Shown: positions 18,696 through 28,289 of the stretch, in pieces
Position numbering within the stretch: the first letter of the stretch is position 1
Layout: each line of letters opens with the position of its first letter
Assembly: GCA_038816475.1 (NCBI GenBank)
Contig: JAWBAI010000004.1
Coordinates: 32,001-96,000 of the forward strand
Reading direction: 5' to 3'
Length of the DNA stretch: 64,000 nt
Source of the DNA: Desulfurococcaceae archaeon
Lineage (GTDB): Archaea; Thermoproteota; Thermoprotei_A; Sulfolobales; Desulfurococcaceae
Notes under the pieces: generated by a model
Databases searched by the model: none
The model's input: the letters and a program-made list of their open reading frames with translations, nothing else
Told to the model about the DNA's origin: nothing
Program-made: the position numbers and the translations under genes

Positions 18696-20624
18696 ATGAG
18701 AAAATTGTGGCCCGAAACGGTGAAAATCTACTGGGATCCTTGGCGCAACATACCTGTAGTAAAGCCAAAGCAGGAAGAACTAGACCTCTTCTATCAACTT
18801 AGATTAAGTGAACCGGGGGATGCAAGACCTGCTTTTCCTGGGGACCTAGAGAAAATAAAAGAAGCTATTGCATACGAGTTTGGAAGTACTAAGCTGTTCG
18901 ATCGCCTAGTGAAAGACCGCATAGTTCTGCTCAATAAGGTTCCACACTGGGATCTTATGTACGAAGTTGTAGTTTCAGGAAACGTCGTAGGGCAATTCTA
19001 CTACGATCCATACAAATGTAAGTGGAGATTCAGGTTAACTTACCAGGGCGCTTACACAGCTGTACAAAACAACCTTGTTGACACAATAAGAGGTGATCCC
19101 CCCTACTACGGCGGTAAAGTAGTAAGGGAGAAGTATAGCTCAAGTGCTAGAGAGCTCGTGCTGATCGATCATAAAGGTACTATAAGAGGAGTATGCGAAG
19201 TACTACCAACAGGCGAAGTGGTGATCGCAAAAACTTTTCATGATAAAACAGCGCCCGTGGAAACCAGTGATAAACCAGCATCAGTGCAAGATTTAGTAAA
19301 ATACAATGAAGAAGGTATCTTAACTCTAGAGGAGAAGTCAATCAACTACTTGAGAAGACTTTTCAACAGGTACTCTAGCCTTAGACCCGTAGTATCGTAT
19401 TCCGGTGGAAAAGATAGTCTCGTGGCACTAGATCTAGCTCATAGAGCATTCGGAGACCTTGACATTCTGTTCAATGATACCGGCTTGGAGATGCCTGAAA
19501 CCCTCTGCAATGTCGAATACGTGGCAAACTACTATGGTTATAAGTTATACGTAGCATCAGCCGGCGACATCTTCTGGAGAGCAGTAGATGTATTTGGTCC
19601 ACCCGGTAAGGATTACCGGTGGTGTTGTAAGGTAACTAAACTAGTACCTATTGCAAAGTTAACTAAGGCTGTATGGCTCAACGGAGGTCTCAACATAGTT
19701 GGTCAAAGAGCTTACGAGTCGCTAGATAGAGCATCAAGTCCTCTTGTCTGGAGGAACAAATGGATAAGGCACATGGTGAGTACAACGCCTATTCAGTACT
19801 GGAGTCAACTTTCAACGTGGATCTACATATTTAAGTACAATCTCCCGTATAACAAGCTCTATACATATGGATTCGACAGACTCGGATGTTTCATGTGCCC
19901 TTCATGCGCTTTAGCTGAATTTGAGGAAACCAAGAAGTTGTACCCAGATCTCTGGGGAAGATGGGAGCAAGTGCTGAGATCCTGGAAAAATAGAATGAAT
20001 ATGCCCGAGGAGTGGATAAAGCTTGGATTGTGGAGATGGCTTACGCCCGCTACTGCGAAGAAAAGGTTAACGCATCATGTTCCAGCATACTCAATGGACT
20101 GGAGAAAAGAGTACATGCAAAGACTCGAAAAGAGCAAGTCAAGCTTAACCCCCTTAGCTGTTGTGAAAGAAGGAGATAAGATCACAATACAGTTTAACAA
20201 GAACCTCCTACCAGAGGATCAAGTAGACGTATTTATCGCCAACATAGGAAGTTTAGGTTTCATCGTTGTTAGCAAAGAGCCACCTGTGTTCGAGAAGGGG
20301 AACGCTAGGTACATGATCAAGCACAACACCATTAATGTATCAAACTACAACGATGAACTGTTCGAAGACCTTGTCGACGTCCTGAAGGTCATTTATAGAA
20401 TGCATAACTGCGTTTACTGTGGTAGTTGTGTACTATGGACTAGAAAAGGTAGCGTTGCATTAACACCCAAGGGACCTATAGTAAAGAATGAATTGTCTGA
20501 AAGCGAGAAAAGAGCGTACATGGAAATATGCCCTATAAGCGATCAGCTCGTCGAGAAAGTAGTACTCTCTCTGCTACTTAATGATTACAGAGCGTTCAAG
20601 AGGAAGACGAGACGTAGGATTTAG
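18696..20624 (+). CDS. PAPS/APS reductase-family PP-loop protein with PUA-like N-terminus and C-terminal Fe-S motif
   Basis: SYSGGKDS, DTGLE, RWCC...K, GQRAYES..R, RLGCFMCP; C-terminal CVYCGSC...CP. Confidence 0.88.
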   Translation: MRKLWPETVKIYWDPWRNIPVVKPKQEELDLFYQLRLSEPGDARPAFPGDLEKIKEAIAYEFGSTKLFDRLVKDRIVLLNKVPHWDLMYEVVVSGNVVGQFYYDPYKCKWRFRLTYQGAYTAVQNNLVDTIRGDPPYYGGKVVREKYSSSARELVLIDHKGTIRGVCEVLPTGEVVIAKTFHDKTAPVETSDKPASVQDLVKYNEEGILTLEEKSINYLRRLFNRYSSLRPVVSYSGGKDSLVALDLAHRAFGDLDILFNDTGLEMPETLCNVEYVANYYGYKLYVASAGDIFWRAVDVFGPPGKDYRWCCKVTKLVPIAKLTKAVWLNGGLNIVGQRAYESLDRASSPLVWRNKWIRHMVSTTPIQYWSQLSTWIYIFKYNLPYNKLYTYGFDRLGCFMCPSCALAEFEETKKLYPDLWGRWEQVLRSWKNRMNMPEEWIKLGLWRWLTPATAKKRLTHHVPAYSMDWRKEYMQRLEKSKSSLTPLAVVKEGDKITIQFNKNLLPEDQVDVFIANIGSLGFIVVSKEPPVFEKGNARYMIKHNTINVSNYNDELFEDLVDVLKVIYRMHNCVYCGSCVLWTRKGSVALTPKGPIVKNELSESEKRAYMEICPISDQLVEKVVLSLLLNDYRAFKRKTRRRI

Positions 20625-20639
20625 CTGAAGAGCGTTATG

Positions 20640-23456
20640 CTACTCCTCTTCTTTGTCTGCAATATACTTCTTCACCATCAAGAACTTCTTCTCGCACTCA
20701 GCTACCTCGGATACAAGGTCAGCTCCTTGCTGAACTCTATTTATAATTCTGATCAATTCCTGCGTACCAACACCTCTACCAGCAAACGCCAATAACGCTT
20801 TTTCACCATGTCTGTAGAGAAGAACGGCTCTCTTAGCTAGATCCTCGTGTAGTCTACGCTCCTCAGGGTTGAGCTTTTTGCCTGATCTAAGCTTATTTAC
20901 AACCTCCATTTCTTTTGTTAAATCACCTTTAACCATAGTTAACGTAGCTAAACCGCATTTGGGACACGAGTAATTAGATAAACTCATGAAGTCCTTTACA
21001 GCTCCTTCTTTATGGAACCCGCAATTAATGCATAACAAGGTTATTCTTCTCTTGAGCAGTCTCTCGTAGTAGCTCGAAGTATCGAATAGCGTTACATCAA
21101 GTAATTTTGGTATTTCTATGTAATTTAATTGTACAATATGGTGTTTGTTGAGCGTATCGTAAACTCTGAACTCCACTTTGACAATATTCTTTTTTATCTT
21201 ATCCGCCAGCTCCTTGAAAGAATCTATATCGTAGTCTCTTGTTAAGACTTCTCTTAGAGCTTCTTTACCTATGATAGTGTTTACGTACGCTTCAATGAGT
21301 TTTCTACTGATCTTAGTTTCAGGGGTTATTGCTCCAAATCTTTGAGCCACCTGGTATATTCTCCAAAGACACGTAGTGCTCTCTACTGCGATTTTTTCTA
21401 TGAAACTCCTACTTGTATACTCATATAGCTTAGCAATTTTGTTGTAGATCAAGCTTTTTGCGAATTCCGTGGATACCGGATCTTCGAACTTGACTACTAT
21501 AGTGTACGGAGTAGCGTAAACATGGAATTTAACCTGTGGATATGTGGACTTAATAGTGTACTTTAGGAAGTCTTTAATCAGGTTATTGAGCCTAGATCCA
21601 CCGTACAAATTGATTAATACTAAACCAGGTCTCCGTACATAATCAACGTATACTACGTGGCTATCCCCAAGCTCAGCGGCTTGTTCACATGCGATGTTGC
21701 CATCTACAAGTTTTCTTAGGTGTTCGGGAGGGTTTCCGTTCTCCTTGATGTACTTCACGGCTTTTCCTACTTCATAAGCAACATGGTAATCCACAGGTAT
21801 GTTCTCACCTTCCCAGTGTGGTATAATGGCTACCTCGGGATCAGCTTTGGCTGGTTCAACGTACAGCTTACCTTCTGCATCGTCGTACCCTACAACTCTC
21901 CAGGGTTTACCAGCTAGTACCAGGAGGTCCCCTGGATTAAGGTAGAGTACTACGTATTCCTCGTCTAAGCTACCAACTCTTTCTGCTTTATCAACAGAGA
22001 CTACGTTTATTTCTCTACTAGACGGTATCATTGACACCTTGTAGAGGTATAACCTGGTTTTCCTCGTAGGATAAAGCAGGTTTTTCTCTAGTTTTACCAC
22101 CCGTGTATATGCTAAGTAGTTTATGGTCTCACTATAGTCTTCTTTTGTTAAGTTGGAGTAGAGAGGATACTTCACCAGTTCTTCGTAGAGCATGTCAACG
22201 TCAACTCCACCTGGATTTATGAAGGTGAAAAGTGCTATGGCGTACGCTAATACGTCGAGTGGAGTATTGGAAATAAGCTCATGCTCTAAGAAGCCCTCCT
22301 TGGCTTTCAGAGCTATAATACTAGATTCAAGTAGATGGAGCAGGTTAGATGTTGATACTATTGCGCCTCTACTCACTTCTTCTATTCTATGACGACTTCT
22401 CCCGATTCTCTGAACAAGCCTAACTACCTGTCGTGGAGACATGTACTGAACAACATAGTTTACATGCCCTATATCTATTCCAAGCTCTAAACTCGAAGTA
22501 GCAATTAAGGCGTTAAGCTTCCTATGCTTGAAGTCTAATTCTACTTTCTCTCTGTGAGCTTTAGAAAGGCTTCCGTGATGAACCTCCAAGCTAATATCTA
22601 AACCATGTTTTTCAGATAAGCTTTTCATCAGAGCTCCTAACCTTTCGGCTAAACTCCTGGTGTTTGTAAAAACTAGTACATGCTTCTCACTCTCAATAGC
22701 CTTGAACAAAGTTTCCAATCTGGCGGCGAGTTGAAGATCAGTAACGTCTTTGTTCAAAGCTTCGCAGAACTCACTACTACATACCGGCACTACTACCTTA
22801 ACATCCATGCTTCTAGTAGACGCATCCCTCAGCACTATAATGTTATTGTTGTACGGGTCGAGGAGTCTTTTCGCATATTCCTCGGCTTTGCTACTCAAAG
22901 TCGCTGTTAGGGCTATCTTTGTAAGCTTTTTACCTAAGTATTTCTCGAGAAAGTAAATATTGGTGAGAAGAAGTAATCCACGTTTACTCTCAAGAAGATC
23001 CCTAAACTCGTCTAACACAATGTACTCCAGATTTACTAGATGTTTTCTAGTTTCATCGTTTATCACTATGTAGTTAAAGGTCTCAGGTGTGGTTACAAGT
23101 ATGTGTGGAGGAGCTTGAGCTATTAGTTTTCTTACGTGTTGTGGCGTATCTCCGTGTCTTATAGCTACCTGTAGACCAAAGCACTTGCTTATTCTTTCAA
23201 GTCTACTCGCTATATCCCTATTCAGAGCTCTCAACGGTGTAATGTACAGGACAGCTGTGGGCTTGAGCTTTCTCAGAGATACCTTAAGCATTACAGGAAA
23301 CATAGCAGCCTCCGTCTTACCGCTACCTGTTGGTGCAACGATTATGAACGAGCCTGTGCTTTTGTAAATCTCGCGCAGGCTTCTTCTCTGAATTTCCGTG
23401 AGGTTTTTGTACCCGAGTTCTTTTAGGCAGACAGCTATTTTGTTAATATCCTCCAT
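20640..23456 (-). CDS. lhr: Lhr-family SF2 helicase with C-terminal Zn finger
   Basis: APTGSGKTEAA, YITPLRALNRD, RHGDT, TTPE, HHGSLS, SSLELGIDIG, QRIGRS, P.WEGE; CINC...CPKC. Confidence 0.93.
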   Translation of the reverse strand: MEDINKIAVCLKELGYKNLTEIQRRSLREIYKSTGSFIIVAPTGSGKTEAAMFPVMLKVSLRKLKPTAVLYITPLRALNRDIASRLERISKCFGLQVAIRHGDTPQHVRKLIAQAPPHILVTTPETFNYIVINDETRKHLVNLEYIVLDEFRDLLESKRGLLLLTNIYFLEKYLGKKLTKIALTATLSSKAEEYAKRLLDPYNNNIIVLRDASTRSMDVKVVVPVCSSEFCEALNKDVTDLQLAARLETLFKAIESEKHVLVFTNTRSLAERLGALMKSLSEKHGLDISLEVHHGSLSKAHREKVELDFKHRKLNALIATSSLELGIDIGHVNYVVQYMSPRQVVRLVQRIGRSRHRIEEVSRGAIVSTSNLLHLLESSIIALKAKEGFLEHELISNTPLDVLAYAIALFTFINPGGVDVDMLYEELVKYPLYSNLTKEDYSETINYLAYTRVVKLEKNLLYPTRKTRLYLYKVSMIPSSREINVVSVDKAERVGSLDEEYVVLYLNPGDLLVLAGKPWRVVGYDDAEGKLYVEPAKADPEVAIIPHWEGENIPVDYHVAYEVGKAVKYIKENGNPPEHLRKLVDGNIACEQAAELGDSHVVYVDYVRRPGLVLINLYGGSRLNNLIKDFLKYTIKSTYPQVKFHVYATPYTIVVKFEDPVSTEFAKSLIYNKIAKLYEYTSRSFIEKIAVESTTCLWRIYQVAQRFGAITPETKISRKLIEAYVNTIIGKEALREVLTRDYDIDSFKELADKIKKNIVKVEFRVYDTLNKHHIVQLNYIEIPKLLDVTLFDTSSYYERLLKRRITLLCINCGFHKEGAVKDFMSLSNYSCPKCGLATLTMVKGDLTKEMEVVNKLRSGKKLNPEERRLHEDLAKRAVLLYRHGEKALLAFAGRGVGTQELIRIINRVQQGADLVSEVAECEKKFLMVKKYIADKEEE

Positions 23457-23546
23457 ACACGTATGCCAAGATTAAAATCTCGCTAGGAATAGATATTATA
23501 CACTGGGTTATATCATCAAGTACAATCGGAGCACAAGGCACACCAT

Positions 23547-25454
23547 ATGAGCTTAAATAATGAAGTTAGAAGGCACTTATTCGCCGTGTATGTGTTGTGG
23601 TTTTTCAACTGTATACTGTACTTTCTGTCTTCTGGTCCACTGAAACCCACACTGACGCTTCGAGGTATAAGCTTATTCGACCTGCTAAGCTACTCGAGGG
23701 TTCTAAACCAAGCAGTAGAGTTCGTAGGATATCTCATCGTATCCTTGATTCATCTTATCGCATCTCTTGCAATAACCAGGAATATAGTATTAGCATTGAT
23801 GAACCGTGCGCTTTTAATCGTTCAGCTCTCTCTGCTCGGTTTCGACCGTATAAGCTACGGTGTTTTAATTCGCGAGTTTGCAATACTGGTATTTGCTTTG
23901 TTTATACTGAGGGTAATATCACATGGTTCTATACCAAAACTTAGTACTATTGACCTGTTCATTGGTTTGAAGAATTTAGTAAGTAGTGTAGTTCGAGATA
24001 AAGAGAGTAGAGTGAAGATTGATGCGGTTGTTTACATGCTTTCTCTACACAGTTTAGCACTATCTCTTCTCATACTATGGACGTTCTCATATACAAGCGT
24101 ACAGGATTTATATGCGATGGGAGGTGTACTGATGATCTTATTTGCGATAATACCTTTACTTCAAATAGGTCTTTTAACTGTGATCTCAAGAAGCATGGAG
24201 CAATCGTCCTTAATTCTTCTAATGAGCGCTATTTCCGGTACAGGACTTCTAGGTACAATACCAATGCTGATGTCCATCGGTTACGTAGGTTCATCACGCT
24301 TACAATCAGTACACGCGAAATTCACTAAGTTGAAATCCACTGGCTTATACATGGGTACAGTGTTAGCAGAGCTTACAAGTAAAAAAACGCTGGAGAAGGA
24401 GGAGTGGTATTGGAGCAGTAAATCGTTTCCTCTCTACCTGGATTTCGATAAGCTTAACACACCGCACGTCATAATCATAGGGTCGTCTGGAACCGGTAAA
24501 ACAACCCTGGCCAAACACATAGTTCAGGAAGCAAAGAGAAAGTACAATTACAACGTAATTATAATAGACTTACACGGCGAATACCATGATTTACAAGATG
24601 AGCTAGGGCTTAAGATAATAGATGCCTCAAGCTGTGGCGTAAATCCACTTGCACTAGGAAATGCTTCACCAAAAGATAGAGCGATGCAGGTAGCGCACAT
24701 AATATCTACGATATTTGATCTTGGACCACTTCAAAGGAGAATGATTGAAGAGGTGATAATGGAAGCTTACAACCTACGTGGTATAAATCAAAGAGATCCA
24801 ACCACCTGGAGCAGAGATCCGCCCACGCTCCAAGAGCTCGTAGAGGTTTGCAAGAGACTTATCAAAGAGAATTTCGAGTACAGCCGTATCATACCCTACT
24901 TGGAAATGCTAAGTGAAAATCTGAGTACGGAGTGTTGGCTAAGCGTAGACAGCGTTCTCGAACAGGACAGCCTTATAGATCTAAGCAGAGTAGCTAGCGA
25001 TTTCGCGAAAACGATCTTCATAGATACGTTAATGTATCTTCTACTGAACAGAATGTACACTATGGGTAAGAGAAAAATACAGTTGTTATTAGACGAGGCA
25101 AGAAGTTTGATGCCTAGAGCTGTAACACGAGAGATCATCAGTAGGCTATTTGTGGAGAGTAGGAAATTTGGATTTTCATTAATCGTAATCTCGCAGGAGA
25201 TAGGTAAAATACCTCGAGATTTCGTTAACAATGCCGGGGCACGCGTGTTCTTTTTACTAAATGATCCGAAAAGCGTTGAAGAAGCATCAAAAATACTCAG
25301 TGGAACAAGTCTCAGGGATAAAGTGTCTATAGTAGCTGAGGCGCTTAGAACTCTTAGGCAACATACATACTTAATTCACATTACAGGCTTAAACAAGGTG
25401 TATATTGTCAGCTCGCCTATTGAATCAGAAGAGCATAAAAATAAGTATGGCTAA
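23547..25454 (+). CDS. Membrane-anchored HerA/VirD4-like ATPase (CedD-like candidate)
   Basis: Hydrophobic multi-TM N-terminus (~250 aa); PHVIIIGSSGTGKTT, IIDLHGEY, LLLDEA, ESRKFG..ISQ. Confidence 0.8.
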   Translation: MSLNNEVRRHLFAVYVLWFFNCILYFLSSGPLKPTLTLRGISLFDLLSYSRVLNQAVEFVGYLIVSLIHLIASLAITRNIVLALMNRALLIVQLSLLGFDRISYGVLIREFAILVFALFILRVISHGSIPKLSTIDLFIGLKNLVSSVVRDKESRVKIDAVVYMLSLHSLALSLLILWTFSYTSVQDLYAMGGVLMILFAIIPLLQIGLLTVISRSMEQSSLILLMSAISGTGLLGTIPMLMSIGYVGSSRLQSVHAKFTKLKSTGLYMGTVLAELTSKKTLEKEEWYWSSKSFPLYLDFDKLNTPHVIIIGSSGTGKTTLAKHIVQEAKRKYNYNVIIIDLHGEYHDLQDELGLKIIDASSCGVNPLALGNASPKDRAMQVAHIISTIFDLGPLQRRMIEEVIMEAYNLRGINQRDPTTWSRDPPTLQELVEVCKRLIKENFEYSRIIPYLEMLSENLSTECWLSVDSVLEQDSLIDLSRVASDFAKTIFIDTLMYLLLNRMYTMGKRKIQLLLDEARSLMPRAVTREIISRLFVESRKFGFSLIVISQEIGKIPRDFVNNAGARVFFLLNDPKSVEEASKILSGTSLRDKVSIVAEALRTLRQHTYLIHITGLNKVYIVSSPIESEEHKNKYG

Positions 25455-25519
25455 TTGTTGAACCATTAGTAGATACTGTTTATTAAGAAATTCCAGACTA
25501 TGTGTTTAAGGTGACTTCG

Positions 25520-25816
25520 ATGCTTTTCTACGAGGAAGAGTATAGGAGCGAGGATGAGGAGGCTCGTGGAGAAAAGGAAGAAACGGTCATTGAAGAAGAG
25601 GAAGGAGAACTAGTTGTTGAGCAGTTGAAATTACTAGTAAAAGTGTCCAGAACATGGCAACAAGTACTCCAGGGTCGAGAATCCGTAGATGCTTTAAAAT
25701 CTCTATATAAACCGGCGACGAAGCCTGTTCGCGTGTCAACTACGGCTGAAAGAAAAGCTAAAACTACCAGGAAGAAGCCCCAGTCTAAATCCCGAAGAAG
25801 GTCTAAGCCAAGTTAG
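25520..25816 (+). CDS. rpo13: RNA polymerase subunit Rpo13
   Basis: Acidic N-terminus, core L..EQLKLLVK...WQQVLQG..SVD.LK, basic K/R tail; ATG 25520 behind GGTGA. Confidence 0.75.
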   Translation: MLFYEEEYRSEDEEARGEKEETVIEEEEGELVVEQLKLLVKVSRTWQQVLQGRESVDALKSLYKPATKPVRVSTTAERKAKTTRKKPQSKSRRRSKPS

Positions 25817-26193
25817 AACTCCTTGTACTCGAATAGCACTTCGGAATAGCCAATCTCGTTAAGTGCTTTTACTAAAAGCTCCCTCGGCATTTTTTTATCA
25901 AATACGAACTCGACTATTTTATTATCTCCGTTTTTTATCAATTTAATCTTCTGAACTACAGTTCTTCCACGGATCGATTCAGCGATATCCTTAGGAACAA
26001 CTAAATAGCTTTCATATCTTCTTTTTGCTAAACCGTAGTACTCGTCGAAGTTTTCAATTATTCTCTTCGCTTCTTCGAGGTCTTTTGTAATACCGTGTAT
26101 TGATATAATGGACTCAACGAGCTTTACTGCGAGATGTTGTTCAAGTTTTACATGAAAGCACTTTGCTAGGTCTACCTCTACTGTAATTTTCAT
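25813..26193 (-). CDS. Conserved hypothetical protein
   Basis: 126 aa ORF filling the gap, convergent on rpo13; no motif recognised. Confidence 0.7.
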   Translation of the reverse strand: MKITVEVDLAKCFHVKLEQHLAVKLVESIISIHGITKDLEEAKRIIENFDEYYGLAKRRYESYLVVPKDIAESIRGRTVVQKIKLIKNGDNKIVEFVFDKKMPRELLVKALNEIGYSEVLFEYKEF

Positions 26194-26252
26194 CTTAAGA
26201 CCCTTCCAACTTATATATCAGAAGTTTTGTAAGCCTATATTAAGGGGATACG

Positions 26253-27005
26253 GTGTTTAAGGTTCAGTACCCTAATGCAAGCAAGTTAAAGCAGGTAGTT
26301 CAAGCGCTGGCTAAGATCAGCGACGAACTTCAACTACAGGTAACTCTTGAGGCATTTAACTTAATGGCTTTATCTCCAGATAAAACCATGATGGCTGTAT
26401 TAACTCTACCTAACCTTGTATTTGAAGAGTACAGCGTTGAAGAAGAAACAACGATATTAGTGCCTGCAATAGAGCTTAAAAGAGTTATTAGGAGAACTAC
26501 AAGAAACGACATAATGCAGATATCCGTGAACAAAGAGACGAACGAGCTAATTATAGTTCTCCGCGATAGAAAGAGTGGGCTTGAGAGAGAACTCGCCGTG
26601 CCAATAATCCCTAGACCTCCTGAGCCTGTTCCTGAACTAGAGCTAGAGCTCTCCGTAACATTTGCAATGCTGAGTCAAGATCTAAAGAACATTGTGGGAG
26701 ACTTAAAACTCGTAGGTGAAGAAGCGACCTTCATCTACGAACCTGGGAAAATAGTCATTAGGTCAACGGAGCAGCGCAAAGAGTACACGTGTGAACTTCG
26801 AGAAGGAAACCCGCTCACAATTCTATCCTCGGCTGTGGAAAGAGCGCAATCTACTTATGGTACTGACATGCTAGTGGCGATCGCAAAAGTAGCTAGCGCA
26901 TCGAAGCAGGTGATAGTATCGTTCGATACTGGTAAACCCATGAAGGTAGAATACGAGCTTGCAGGCGGAGGCAGACTCGTGTACTGGATTGTACCACGCG
27001 TGTAG
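26253..27005 (+). CDS. pcn: DNA polymerase sliding clamp (PCNA paralogue)
   Basis: 250 aa; ALSPDKTMMAVL, FEEY, P.PELE linker, SFD..KPM.VEY....GRLVYWIVPRV. Confidence 0.93.
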   Translation: MFKVQYPNASKLKQVVQALAKISDELQLQVTLEAFNLMALSPDKTMMAVLTLPNLVFEEYSVEEETTILVPAIELKRVIRRTTRNDIMQISVNKETNELIIVLRDRKSGLERELAVPIIPRPPEPVPELELELSVTFAMLSQDLKNIVGDLKLVGEEATFIYEPGKIVIRSTEQRKEYTCELREGNPLTILSSAVERAQSTYGTDMLVAIAKVASASKQVIVSFDTGKPMKVEYELAGGGRLVYWIVPRV

Positions 27006-27007
27006 TA

Positions 27008-27307
27008 CTACTTGGTTTTCGAGTGAAGACTTTTTCCTTCAAGTAGAGATGTTAACTCCTCCATTAACTTTTCTCTCTCTTCTAAGCTCATACCTTTAAT
27101 GCGCTGAGTAGGGGATTTAAGTGGTGATTTGAAGATCCATGCAGGGTTTTTGCAAGTTGTCATCCAGTATGGACATGCAACGCAACAGTGCGGATCAACG
27201 GCGAGTTCAGGGAATAGTGAGCAGGTCTTTGTGGGGTTGTGCAATCCACACAAGTCGCATCTATCCCAGTATATCGTCAAACTATTCACCACTACACAAT
27301 AAACCAA
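27008..27307 (-). CDS. Small Cys-rich hypothetical protein
   Basis: WDRCDLCG...C...HCCVACP....C; probable start TTG 27280 behind GGTGA. Confidence 0.75.
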   Translation of the reverse strand: MVYCVVVNSLTIYWDRCDLCGLHNPTKTCSLFPELAVDPHCCVACPYWMTTCKNPAWIFKSPLKSPTQRIKGMSLEEREKLMEELTSLLEGKSLHSKTK

Positions 27308-27422
27308 TAGTAGGCTTTTAAGAGCTTTTAGTTGTTAACGTATATGATAAACGTATGGACAGTATATACCCGTATATTACCTCTGACATCATAGTGTAAT
27401 ATGCAGGTACTAGTTAGTTCAG

Positions 27423-28013
27423 GTGTGCTATTTGCTTTATGAAATAGTTTTTCATGGTAGAGGAGGTCAGGGTGCTGTAACAGCGTCGAATATTTTGGTT
27501 CAAGCGGCGATATTTGAGAACCTCTATGGACAGAGCTTTCCATTCTTTGGTGCTGAGAGAAGAGGTGCACCTGTTGTAGCTTATGCAAGAATAAGTGACA
27601 AACCTATTCTAAGGCATAGTAACATAAGAGAAGCAGATGTTGTTGTTGTGCTGGATAGTAGTTTACTTAAGTTGGGCGTAGTAAGGAAAACACGAATAAA
27701 AAATAACGGAATTCTTATTGTTAACACCGAAGAGAGCACCGTTGATAAGACATGGTTTAGCAGCGAAGACGTTGTTCGGGTTTACGTCGTCAACGCCACA
27801 AAAATAGCTATAGAACTGGGGCTTGTTTTAGCAGGATGGCCTCTAGTGAATACACCTATGCTGGGTGCAATTTCAAAAGCCCTGGGAATCATCTCCATGA
27901 ATAGCGTAGAGAAAGCTATTATTGAATACTTTGGTGAAAAAGCTGGAAGGAAAAACGTTGAAGCAGCATTTAGAGCTTACAACGAAACCAAGTATTTGGG
28001 TGAGGTGATCTAA
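27423..28013 (+). CDS. porG: 2-oxoacid:ferredoxin oxidoreductase gamma subunit
   Basis: FHGRGGQGAVT, FPFFGAERRGAPV, NTPMLGA. Confidence 0.93.
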   Translation: MCYLLYEIVFHGRGGQGAVTASNILVQAAIFENLYGQSFPFFGAERRGAPVVAYARISDKPILRHSNIREADVVVVLDSSLLKLGVVRKTRIKNNGILIVNTEESTVDKTWFSSEDVVRVYVVNATKIAIELGLVLAGWPLVNTPMLGAISKALGIISMNSVEKAIIEYFGEKAGRKNVEAAFRAYNETKYLGEVI

Positions 28014-28289
28014 GTGAAAGTTGAAAACGTAGTAGCCTGGAAATACCCTCACTCGAAACCTGTAAAGGGAGTTGCTGGTAAGACTGGTCTTTGGCGAACA
28101 CAAAAACCAATCGTTGATGCGAACAAGTGTACAAGGTGTTATCAGTGCGAGATCTTCTGTCCAGGGATCTGCATAAGGGTTGAGGCTGAATCAGGTGCTG
28201 TAATTGATTACGATTACTGCAAAGGTTGTGGGATATGCGCGGACGTGTGTCCGGCTAGAGCTATAACAATGATCCCCGAACATGGGTGA
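28014..28289 (+). CDS. porD: 2-oxoacid:ferredoxin oxidoreductase delta subunit (2x[4Fe-4S])
   Basis: KTGLWRT.KP, CTRCYQC..FCP, DYDYCKGCGICADVCP. Confidence 0.95.
   Translation: MKVENVVAWKYPHSKPVKGVAGKTGLWRTQKPIVDANKCTRCYQCEIFCPGICIRVEAESGAVIDYDYCKGCGICADVCPARAITMIPEHG

Noticed and set aside
18696-25454. PAPS-reductase + helicase + HerA read as a Dnd/Pbe/Ssp phosphorothioation defence island
   Set aside because: No DndD/DndE, SspB/C or Pbe genes; the genes are not co-oriented; context and composition look like core genome.
27331-27339. SurR-like box GTTGTTAAC upstream of por
   Set aside because: A single short match, with no partner site at the mbh promoter; expected by chance.
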